DNA of 64,000 bases from Haliotis rubra (Eukaryota): assembly GCF_003918875.1 (NCBI RefSeq), contig NW_025767021.1, positions 124,001 to 188,000 of the forward strand. Reading direction: 5' to 3'. Shown here piece by piece: positions 30,001 to 41,500 of this stretch (position 1 is the first letter of the stretch; the number at the start of each line of letters is the position of its first letter). Both the position numbers and the translations under genes were made by a program. The notes beneath the pieces were generated by a model. The model was not told the origin of the DNA and searched no databases. It saw only the letters and a program-made list of their open reading frames with translations.

Positions 30001-32943
30001 AGCTAGAATATTTCTGAGTGTGGCGTTAAACAACAAAGCAACCAACCTTCTCTTCCCTTGAATATTTTCTTTATTTTAAAAGGGTAACAAAGTAAGTGGT
30101 GTTACTCATGATTGTGATGTTAGGTGTGGGGTTGCAGTGGGCTATTCATTTACAAAGGTCATAAATTTACTTTGCAGTTACAGCAAGTTCACGAAGGGCA
30201 AAGATCTGTCATCAAGATCACATGAAGATCTCAAATGTATATTTGGTAAACGTGCAGCCAAACCTACCTCTGGAAAGAACTCTCCAGCACTTGAATCAAG
30301 TGTGAGTTACTACCAGTGAAAGGGACACATTTCACATTTTACATGTAGTATGCAAACACACTCTGTAAGCCATTTTACAGGCTAGTGTTTTGAGTATTAC
30401 TGAAAAATCCAACATTTCCTCTGGAATCTTTGTGAATGTATTAATGTGAAGTGACACCTTTTAGAGCTTGGGATGTTTCACATTTTCATTTACATTATTG
30501 AACTTAGATTTGATAAGATTTACTATATTTCCATAGAAACAAATCAGAAGAAATTGTAAGAGGATAATGTGTAAGATTTTTCTGAAGAATATTTTGTACG
30601 AAGCAGTAATGTCTCATTAACATTGAGATGAATGCATAAAATATTTCATAAAGTCACAAGTTAAGCATGGACTTCTCAGTGACTTTAATTTGTGAAGTCA
30701 TTTACTCTCAGTTTTATTTGGGAATGCATTTATAAATGAACATGACAAAGACTCTTACAGTAAGCGTATATTATTTATTTTTTGTAGGAATCCTCAGGGT
30801 CTGAAGAATCGAAGGCTGACATGTCACATGGGTTCAATACCATAAACAGCACCTCTACAATGCAAGAATATTTTGCCAAAAAGATGGCTGCCATGAAGGG
30901 TCAGACGTCATCACCATCAAGGGAAGATAAATGTGGACTAGAATCAGATACTATAGAACAGCCAGCAGAGTCAGCAGCTGACTCTCACTGTCGGAAGAAA
31001 AATAAGAAGTCCAAACGAAAAACTAAGGACTTAGATATAGAAGAAACTGAGAATAATAATTCAGATATGCATATAGAACATAGTAATTTAGGCAGTTGTG
31101 ATGTTGAGCCTAAGAAAAAGAAAAGCAAAAAGTGTAGAAGGAAGCACTCCGAGACAGCCGACTCACCTGGTGATGTGGATGATGTAGTGGACAAGACAGT
31201 AGGTGAGGAGGAGGAGCAAACGGAGAAGAAGAAGGACAAGAAGAGGAAGAGGGAGGAAAAAGAGACTGAGAAGGAAATACAGGAAAAGGCTACAGAGAAA
31301 ACCAAGAAGAAGAAGAAGAAAAAAAAGAAGTCAGCAGCTAGGCAAGTTGAAGGTGAAATTTGTAACTAGTGGTATTGCATTGGCAACAGTGAATCAAACA
31401 TGTCGCTTGTGTTTAGTCCCCTGCCATCCAGTGTTCAGTGTCCGCCATCTAGTGTTCAGTCCCCCCATCATCTAGTGTTCAGTCCCCCCATCATCTAGTG
31501 TTCAGTCCCCCATCATCTAGTGTTCAGTCCCCCATCATCTAGTGTTCAGTCCCCCATCATCTAGTGTTCAGTCCCCCATCATCTAGTGTTTAGCCCTATC
31601 ATCTAGTGTTCAGTCCCCCCATCATCTAGTGTTCAGTCCCCATCATCTAGTGTTCAGTCCCCCATCATCTAGTGTTCAGTCCCCCATCATCTAGTGTTCA
31701 GTCCCCATCATCTAGTGTTCAGTCCCCCATCATCTAGTGTTTAGTCCCCCATCATCTAGTGTTCAGTCCCCATCTAGTGTTCAGTCCCCAATCATCTAGT
31801 GTTTAGTCCCCCATCATCTAGTGTTCAGTCCCCCATCATCTAGTGTTCAGTCCCCCCATCATCTAGTGTTTAGTCCCCCATCATCTAGTGTTCAGTCCCC
31901 CATCTAGTGTTCAGTCCCCCATCATCTAGTGTTCAGTCCCCCATCATCTAGTGTTCAGTCCCCCATCATCTAGTGTTTAGTCCCCATCATCTAGTGTTCA
32001 GTCCCCATCATCTAGTGTTCAGTCCCCATCATCTAGTGTTCTGTCCCCCATCATCTAGTGTTCAGTCCCCCCATCATCTAGTGTTCAGTCCCCCTCATCT
32101 AGTGTTCAGTCCCCCCCATCATCTAGTGTTCAGTCCCCATCATCTAGTGTTTAGTCCCCCATCATCTAGTGTTCAGTCCCCCATCATCTAGTGTTCAGTC
32201 CCATCCCTCTTTCCCCCCTCTTCTCCTCTTTCTCCCTCCCTCTCTCTCTCTTTCCCCCAAAAAAATCTAGTGTTCAGTACCCCCATCATCTAGGCATCAG
32301 TCAAAGCCCATTCCCCCATTGTTAGTTGCACAAGTGACTTAACAGGTTCAGGTGGTCAAACTGTTGCTTGACAGATTGTGTGACGTAATGTCATGCAGGA
32401 CATTGCTGATTCTTTCAGTGACTGACTTTATCTAGAGGTAATTGTGATATAGCAGAAGTAAAACTGCAGTGTAAAAAAAAAAAGCAAACATCATAAAGAG
32501 CAGGGGAAAATCAGCTTTGTCACATTGAGACTATCACCCTGCAGTCTCTAATTTTAACACACCGACAAGCTTTCATAATGCCTATAATCACATGTTATTT
32601 GGCCAATATTGTTCATTCCAAAATGGAACTGAGTGAAATGTTATTTGTCTGCAGTGTAGAGAGCAGTGAGCTTGGAGAAAACGGGGGGAAGAATGGAAGC
32701 AAGGCATCAAAACCAAGAAGAGCTGGGCTGCGGCCACAGAAGCTTCCTCCCCTCATCCAGAGTACTTGTGACTCCTTCAAAGGTGCCAATGTGGCCTCTA
32801 TTGATGGATATAATAAATCATCACTCCCAGCTTCAGAGTTGATGAAGAGAATTGAAAGTAAACATAACATGGTATTGTGGCAGTTGAAGGCAAAGAAACA
32901 AGATAAACAACTTCGAATGCAGCATGGCCTTGACCAATGTTAG
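23464..32943 (+). CDS. PINX1: PIN2/TERF1-interacting telomerase inhibitor 1 (G-patch protein), 6 exons, ~444 aa
   Basis: Exons 23464-23536, 28773-28895, 29379-29550, 30178-30301, 30788-~31341, ~32655-32943. MAMLAEPRRKQK...WSNDDSKFGQKMLERMGWSKGKGLG (G-patch), DNWIAHQDDFN, RVHYSKFTKGKDLSSRS..DLKCIFGKR and a Lys-rich tail match PINX1. The last junction is uncertain; without splicing the ORF stops at 31369. Confidence 0.92.
24700..25235 (+). mobile_element. Non-autonomous Helentron/HINE-like element with three ~160-170-bp internal tandem units
   Basis: Begins tttttatcccccgc. Units gaactctaaaaccgttc...caccaaacttggcaca...tttccatggcaa at ~24728, ~24896, ~25054. Related single-unit copy at 33926-34190. 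Confidence 0.6.
25941..26080 (+). mobile_element. tRNA-derived SINE family A
   Basis: Pol III A box TAGTCTAGTGG and B box GGTTCGAGTCC in a tRNA-Asp-like head, followed by a non-tRNA body shared with other copies. Confidence 0.88.
26985..27040. repeat. (CA)n microsatellite
   Basis: Roughly 25 CA units. Confidence 0.95.
27095..28627 (-). CDS. Large antisense coding exon nested in PINX1 intron 1; probable alternative 5' coding exon of PLK1
   Basis: 511 open codons lie between acceptor TTGACAG and donor AAG|GTAAGG, phase 0/0. First ATG at 28591. The exon ends HFVLGK, matching the PLK1 exon 1 end RFLGK. Confidence 0.75.
29812..30045 (+). mobile_element. SINE-like repeat family B, full-length copy
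   Basis: Homologous to 944-1134; (caac)n tail; near-perfect TSD cctcctcttcc / ccttctcttcc. Confidence 0.85.
31410..32292. repeat. ~22-bp minisatellite in the last PINX1 intron
   Basis: Unit cccccatcatctagtgttcagt with variable C-run, about 36 copies. Confidence 0.96.
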
Positions 32944-33925
32944 CGCTGCAAAACAGGGGCATTAAAGACACGTTCCATAATGCCATGACAGGAGACGGGG
33001 TTGTTGGTGGTATTACTGATGGACCATTAGTGTTTGGCAGAACATACTGAAGTGCTGTCAAGGAAACTGTGCAATAAGGGTGTGATGAACTATTGAGGCC
33101 ACAATCTGAAAACGACAGCATCTCCACGAGAAGACAAAATTGTTTCTCTCTGATACTGTATTTGTAAATATTGTAACAGACAATGTATTGAAAATGAATA
33201 CCATTTTTGTTAGTGTGTGATTATTATAATGACTTAAAGATTAGATATATTGCAGAAAAGTTTTGCAGGTATCCATCTTTACACTAATTTAATATGTTAA
33301 TGTCATCAGCAAATATTGAAGTTATTAGAAATAATGCTATGTATATTTACTATGCAGATGTAAAACGTTCCGCACCTTCCTCATTGTACATCTCATCTGT
33401 GGTTATTTGCTGTACATCAACCAAGGGAAAGCCTGTAACCATTGTTGTAATTATGGGCCTATGGCCGACATTACAGCAAGAAATAAAGACTGGATACTGT
33501 AGGTAAAATAGAAATAACTATTAAAACAAAATATGTGTCAGAAAGACTTCACTGTTGATGGATTGTTGATTAAAATGAATTTACATGAAAGTCCTGTATC
33601 TCTGTTGTCCATGGAATACATCCTGAACATGAAGTGGTGGCACCAGCATGCAAGTGAAATCTCATGATTGTGCTCCTGAAATTTAAACACTCTCTTCAAT
33701 CATTTTGTGGATATTCATCCCTGAACTAATACTTTCAATTGTTTATGAAGGGTGCATCTCTGATTAATTTAGCTATCAGTGGCATCTGTATTAGACTCTA
33801 CACTCTTGGTGTATTGTGCCTGGTTAAGCCAATGCCTACCACTACATGATGATTAAGGACTGAGGAGGCCTATGGTTAAGAGTGGTGTGGTCCTGATTAC
33901 CTGACTTAAGTAGTGAGCCATAGCC

Positions 33926-34190
33926 TTTTTTATCCCCCGGCATGTAATCCGGGGGCATATAGTCGACGCCTCGTCCGTCCGTGATCATTTTGTTTCCGGA
34001 GCATAATTCAAGAACCGTTCAATAGTTTTCAACAGAACTTGGTAGATATATCAAACAGAACCTTAAGTCAAGCCTCTTGCTATTTGCAGATTTTTGGCAT
34101 ATTTATTTTCCCAGGTTTCCATGGAAACGATTCGGACTTAGTCTCAAAGGGGAATGGTGGGGAGATTTGACTCTTGTTTGTCTTTGTGAA
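33926..34190 (+). mobile_element. HINE/DINE-1-like non-autonomous element
   Basis: tttttatcccccgg...ccggggg hairpin, gtcc microsatellite, and aaccgttcaata...aacttgg...tttccatggaaac core shared with 24700-25235. Confidence 0.55.
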
Positions 34191-35702
34191 CAAAGAACGC
34201 ACATGTCTACCAGCCACAGTATCTTGTTGTAGGGACCATCTTGACCTAGTGGAAGGTTGGTGGTTCGAGTCCCTGGTCATATCATATTATAAAACAAAGA
34301 GGACACTTGGTGAGCCGTGTGCCAAGTGTCATCCATTATAAACTACAGCATGATGTCAGAAAACAAGTCTGCATCATCATCAGTTTGCTGGTACTGTAAA
34401 ACCGGGGCACTGAACATGCATATTGGGCACCTGATGTGAAGTCAAGGTAGTCCAGGATACTCTTTTCTGATGGGAAGAAATGGGGCATTCAGAAATGGTG
34501 GGGGATGAGGACTTGTGTTTTGGAATGCAATACAAACACCATTCTAGTTACAATCTACAGCTTGATATTCGCGATGTAGAGTCACAATGTCACTGTATGG
34601 GAGTTATGTTCACCTGCTCTGGGTCATATTTTGTCATTTAGTGACTTTCTCCATATTTCTGTGTTTGGTTATGTTATAAATTGGTTGGTTTTTTTTAGAA
34701 GATATTTTGGAAATACACTTCAGTTCACATGGTAGTATCTCAAGCCAAGCTTTCTCTTTCTTTCAGAAGTGAAAGATGACAGGAAGGCATTATTTTGACT
34801 GAAACCTCCTGTGTTTAGAGAAGTGTCACAGGTTCTAACCATGATTAACAAAAGTAACATCAAAGAATTAGATGGTTCTCAACCTTGAGTGGCATACTGT
34901 ATATTACCGTAGATAAGTCGATCTCAGAGATAGGCTAACCCCGTAACTTTACCCTTAAAATCAGTATCAAAATGGTATGTTTCGTACTTAAGGCGATCCC
35001 TGTGATGGGGTCCTAATCATGACAGACCACAAGACAACTGGCAGTTACAGATAATTATAACTTCGATCCACATTTTTCACAGAAATCATATTACATCTAC
35101 TCACGCCTCGAAATGATGTAGTTGACAGAAAATGGATACGTATATATAATTTGTTTCACTAAATGTCATATTTATTGTAGCTGGGCGATCACATGTCAAC
35201 AAAATGGAATGCTTATTTCCCCTCTTTCCATGCATTTACTAATGTGAAGCCTTCAGTGACAGATGAATGAAGCCAGGTGAATGTTTGACTTGGTTTATTA
35301 TGTGGCTACCATGTGCTTCCTAGAAGGCTATGTACATCAACACAGTCAACAAACAACAATACTGTCAGGAGGCATGGAATGTTTTCTCCACAGAACATGA
35401 AAGACTAGATAATGCCAACAAAACCACAGATGTTGGCTTCTCCACACCAACAAACACCAAGGTTTTCATACCCTCGGCCGCAGCCAAATTCATAACCCTA
35501 GAAGCACTCATTTTCCATCATTATTCAACATGAAACCAAAAGGACGCCATCAGTTTCTTGCATGTCAAGAGAACCAGTTGTATATCGGCCTGTATGGTAG
35601 AACTGTGGTATATACTACATGCCTGTGATGTCCCACTTGCTTGTCAAGTAGTTTCCAGGTGTGCTTGCTCCAATACTCTCAGTGATAGTTCTAAAACTAC
35701 TG

Positions 35703-35944
35703 CAGGGGTGGAAATAACCCATTGCCCGATGCCCCAGTCCAGTGGGTTTTTTCTGTCGGGCTAGCAAATTTGTATGTCACACTGTACCGGTGTCCAGTTG
35801 ACTTTCCAATGTTAATTATGTTGTTTATTTAAAAAATCAACAAGAAAATCAGCCGGTATAGTGGAAGAATTATCAGGGCAAGTGATTTTACATGTGCCAC
35901 TGTACCTGAGTACACTAGCAATTTTAAAGTTATTTCCACCCCTG
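35703..35944. mobile_element. MITE with 16-bp TIR
   Basis: caggggtggaaataac / gttatttccacccctg, perfect; flanks tactg / aactg. Confidence 0.8.
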
Positions 35945-37718
35945 AACTGGTAAAATGTCAACAGGCCAGTGTAACTATTACACACCAATCAAGATGGCTG
36001 CTACACTAAACGGACAACATGTTGCTCTAAATCAACATCGACAGATGCTAAATTGTGGCATCAATTACATGTGTTGTGTGTTTGGGAATAACACACATGT
36101 TTGAATAGGTCTGTGTGAAAACTTACATAAGCATATTAGAGTGGGAATACTTCGGTCAGAAAATCAAGAAAGTAAGCGAATTACATTCATAAAAACTGTT
36201 TGGAGGGAGAGTATGCCAGTGTTATTGATCCCCACTGATTATGCTTGCAGTCGACACCTCCAGTAAAGCTTCAGATGGACAATGAAGAGTAGGGGGTGAC
36301 TATATATAGAGATCCAGTCTTGATTGGGGGCTCCACAAATCTCTAAAAAGATCCAGACTTGATAATGGGGCACAGGAGAACTCCATATGGACATCCATTC
36401 CATGATATTTTAGGTGGAGATCCAAACATGAAAAGCACCAAAGTTGATTGGGTTAGCCCCAGTTGGTCACAACACAAGGAACATTGTCATTATGAGAGTG
36501 AGTTGGAAAGGTCTGATTTGAGGGAGTGAATTGGGCTTTAACACGACTGAATACTTCATCACAGGTTCATTTCCAATGACTGAGTTATTATAAGCAAAAT
36601 TAAAGCAGGTCATATATGTTCACCACATTCAATATTGTAGGATTCTGGCATACAAAAGGGAAACAACTCTACATTAAAAAGGAACATGGTGGGAATTAAA
36701 GCTTTTTCTTTGCATCAACACTTTAATTGCTTAATTAATTCACATACCAGTACTTGTTTGAAATGAAGACTAGCTAGCCGTGTAATGGGCAAGTGGTCCA
36801 TTACTCTGTGGAATGTGAGATGGACATGGCTGTTCCTAATGCATCCAAACACAATACAACCTTCAGTATTGTGTGGATGGGGTTCTAATTACACACAGAT
36901 GAGATTCACATGGACCAAATAACTCCAGAAAACAAACAAGAATATCACAGATTGTCAACTGTGAGAAGCTGCACACAGAATAGCACTGAACACTGTAGAA
37001 CATAGTTAAATAAGCAGGCCCGTACCAGCCATGTAAATGTGTGTTCTGGTAAACTTTATCAGGAATTAATTTAGCTGTCGTCCGTAACCATGTTCGTTTA
37101 CTGTGCCATATGTGTGTCCTGGTGACAAAGCTGATAGTACTGGCAAGAGAGGAGACCGTGCATTAGCAATGAGTAGGAGCTATTAAATACTAAGCATCAC
37201 AGCACACTCAGCACAGATAATGTGATTGTATGATTTCATCTACCTGTGGACGTATCATAAGACCTTCTTTGGACAACAGAACTGACATTAGTTGAGATAG
37301 AAGCAAAACTTTAAGAAATTATTTGAAAGTAACCATGTGTGTTATGTGAATGAGAATTGGACTATAGTCTGTTTCCTGTGGACTACAGAAAATGTAACAT
37401 TTAGGCTAACATGAATTAAATGTCCTATCTCAAGGTTTCAAGGGGTGTATTTCAAATATACACATAAGCATTAATTTAGCACCACCTGATTCAAAATGCA
37501 ATTCAGAAAATTCAAAATAGGATTCCAAAACCTTTGAGATTAACCCAGCTGCTAAGTGAGAGCTAGAGGGAATTGACCTTGACAACAGGAACAGTAGATG
37601 TTGGAATGCTCAGAGAGCGCATATTATAAAAAAAAACAGTGCTTGGTGCTGAATTACTACCCTTGTATATTTGAACATCAGCAATTCTTTGACCCTGGTT
37701 GCTTTTCTCAGGTCTAGA

Positions 37719-37882
37719 GTGAGTGAGTTAGGTTTTACGCCGCTTTTAGCAATATTCCAGCAATATCAAGGTGGAGGACACCAGAAATGGGCTTCACACA
37801 TTGTACCCATGTGGGGAAGTGAACCTGGGTCTTCAGGCATGACAAGTGAACGCTTTAACCACTAGGCTACCCCACTGCCCCT
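37719..37882 (-). mobile_element. tRNA-derived SINE family A
   Basis: Full-length reverse copy; 11-bp TSD tcaggtctaga. Confidence 0.88.
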
Positions 37883-38530
37883 TCAGGTCTAGATGAAGAG
37901 GATGCAATGTCAGATACATCGGATCATCTTGGTCACAGACTTGTTCATAATTCTCTTGTTCAAATAGTTGGGGCCCATATTAGCCATACCTGATCTAGTC
38001 TCAAATTCAAGAGTTAAAAGAAGAATAACAGTTTGCTGTCAGCCACATTCATACTAATATTTGAAGCTATCCAGGGGACCAATAAGAGTCCTTACCCTAC
38101 TTTGTCCTTTGTATAACTGTTATGTCATGTTGATTTCCTCACAAGATAACTCAGACTTGCATATATGTAAAAAACAAGTACATACATTAAAATGCCACAT
38201 TAACAATATAAACCAATAATGGCTGTATAAAAAGACTGTACATAAAAATATCTACAAAGTTTCTATAATAAATCTGGCACTATCAACTTGTAACAGCTTC
38301 TATTACACATGTGGTATTATGCTGGGGGAAGGGGAATTATCACACAGGCAAGACCAGCGATGCATCTACTCAAACATCCATTTGCACTAAACAGAAAATC
38401 ATCACCATCCATTTAATGTGTTAAATAAATACCACATGCTATTTACAATGAATGGTTTTAGAACATTCTAAATTCTTACACTGTTGACTTTAGATTCACA
38501 AATACAGGTCTTATTGATGAAATAAATACC

Positions 38531-41500
38531 CTATCTTCTTATACTATACATGAGTGATCTGTGACTAGCATCTGGCATGCCAAAATCTACTTTAAGTGGG
38601 TCCTTCATGTCCAGTGTGTAGTCTGCTTGTTCACCCACCCAGCTGTCACCTACTGTCTGGGTGGGACTGGGGGTACTGTAGCTGGACGACTGGGTACAGG
38701 GGGAGGACCAGTCATAGGGGTGGGGCAACATCTGGGGGCCAGGGCGGACAGGGATAGGGGGAGGGGGAAGATTGGGTGGAGGTATAGAAGGGGGCATATT
38801 TGAGCTTTCGGACATATCTAAATCCTGGGGGGCAACATCTGGTGGAAATGAATCCAGTCTGGGTGGAGGTGGGGGTGGTTCCATAGGGCAGCTGGGTGGA
38901 GCTGGTGGGGATTCCTGGGGACAGTCTCCCTGGGGTGTTGGGGAGGAGGACTGGAAGGGTTTACTTCTCTCTGGGCCTCCAACAGGGTAAGACGGACATG
39001 TGTCGAGGGCTGGAGGAGTTGGTGGTGGACTGACGTCTGGACACGGAGGATCAGCCGTTGAGGGTCTTGTTGATGCATCTGGAGGTCGGACAGGGATAGG
39101 AGGTGGGTCATGAGTGAGAAACTTGGGTATTGCACTTGTATCAAAGGGGTCAGGCTCACTGCTGGTGTCACCTAACAAAGGAGCATCTAATATGTTATGA
39201 CTTTGCACTGGTGGACCACTGCTATGACTAGATGTTTCTTCTGACTGAGATCCAAATGTTGGTGGTGGACCATTAGGTACAGGAGGCAGTGGCCTCCCTA
39301 CTGCACTCAGTGGTCGCTGCGGTGGTTTCACTATGAAGGGATCATCTGGGTCTGAGGCTGGAGAAATGACGGCACTCTGAACATCTTTTCTGGGAGTTGG
39401 CCTGGGTCGGGCAACAGGGGCTGTAGTGACCTCACCGCCGGATTTGTCCGACAACAAGTTCTCCATACTGCGGAACCTTGGCATTGGCTTGGGAGGTGCC
39501 TGGCTGCTGGAACTACTGGAGGAGGTGTCGGTACCTGCCATGTCCTGGGCAGTCCGACTTCTAGGGATTGGGGTAGGTGCAGCCAAAGCTGAAGCGGAGG
39601 AAGACATGTCTGAAAAAGAACAAAAGTAATAGCAGCTAGAAAACCTGGTGAAACTGTACAATCAGTGTTATTCTATTTCTTGTGGATAAATACTTCCCTC
39701 ACAAATGGCTTCTGTTCTCAGCAAATAATGATTCATTGCTGTTTACTAATAACTAAACGATTTGATGTTGAAAAATGTAATTTTTATGATAAAATTGATA
39801 TTTTATACTTATCCTGACTCATGCTATATGCTTCAGATCATGAGTCAGGATAAGGAAAAATTTAGATTTTGAATAACCTAATCAAGTTGTTTTGAGCCAT
39901 GTACTTGGTGTGACAGAGAAACATTAGTATTATACATACCTCCAACAGGTGCAGGAGTGGTGCTTGGCATCATGGGCGCTGGTAAATTAGCATTCGCGTT
40001 TCCTTGGTTACCTCCCATCAGGTTACTTATCAATTTCTGTGCCTCTTCCATACTGCTGGCATGTGTGTGATGTGTTACGTTGGTGGGAAGACCAATAGAG
40101 GAGATCTACAAAAGGAGGGAGGCCATGCGAGGTTAATAGAACACACACTGGGTTATTGATCAACAGATCAAGATCAGAATTCAAATACTTTATTGCCATG
40201 CCCCAAAGTTGAGTTTCTGAAACTGTAAACACTAGTGGGGGGCTACTAAAGGTAGAAATCACACAGCTGCACTCAGGAACTGTTTTATGGTTTGGTTAAC
40301 GTCAACATCTGACTCTCTCCATGAAACTGTTTGAAATGGTTTGTTAAGATGGTGACAACATGGATGAACAGAAACATAAATCACACAGCATTCTTTGTTT
40401 CTAGCCACACAAATTGAGAAGTGCAATTCAAAATGTAGTCAGATCTAAGAAACAACAGACAGAGAAGACCAGCTTACCGCACGGGGACCTCCCTTCTTGG
40501 CCTTCAGCTTGGCTGAGGGTGGGGGGCGGAGGGGCTGGCGGATCTTGGGGGCCTCTTTCCCCACATGTCTCCCTGGGGAACCTGCCAGGAACAGACATCA
40601 ATACTCCTGTCACACTAGATTTCAAAGTGACTTTAAATAGACGAATGAAGATGCGGTTAGAATTTGTCTTCAGCAACCCATGCTTGTCATCAGAGATGAT
40701 CATACGTGTTGTCAGTGGTGACTAACAGGATGAGATGGTAAGACTCGCTGACTTGGTGGATGTATGTCATTGTATTGAAGTTTACATGCCACTTAAAATA
40801 TTTTTAAAAAAAGATTCCAGCATGCTTTCATTCATTACAACTATGTCAACACCTAGTGGAGAGCCATGTGCATGACTCGACAGCTGAAGTGTATAACTAA
40901 AGGTGAAGGAACTAAAGGTATTTCAGAAAGCATATGTCATCGAAGGTTTAAGGTCACACTGGACCAATAATCTTGTCATGTTACAAACAACATAAATAAG
41001 AAAAACTGTATTAGTAATTTTCAAGTTCAAGTGAGTTACCAAAAACTGTATGACAGCCATCCAAAGGAGGATGTGTCACAGATGTCTGATGACACTAGAC
41101 TAGAGTTTTCACATTGTGTCATCTCACCTGGAGGTGCTTGATTAGCAGGTGCCCCTTTAGGTGGCCCTCCAAGGGGGCGCTGTGGAGGTGGAGGCTTCGC
41201 AGGTGGGGCTCCGGGCCTCTGTGGAGGCTGTTTGCGAGGCATCTGTAACCAATACAAAACACATACTGAGTAAAGCATGTGTACAACAGTGGAGAAACAT
41301 CAAATCAAGTGGGCCCCAGTATAACAGTCATCATCATCATGGTTTGCATGTGCATCAGTTTGTATGCAGTTAATTCTGCAAAAGTCTCTAAGTAAACTTG
41401 TAAATTTCAAATGATATGAATGAAATAGGGTCTTTACAGCTTACCATTATAGAAATCATCAACATCATCAACAAAAACAAACTGTAAATTTGAATCCCAA

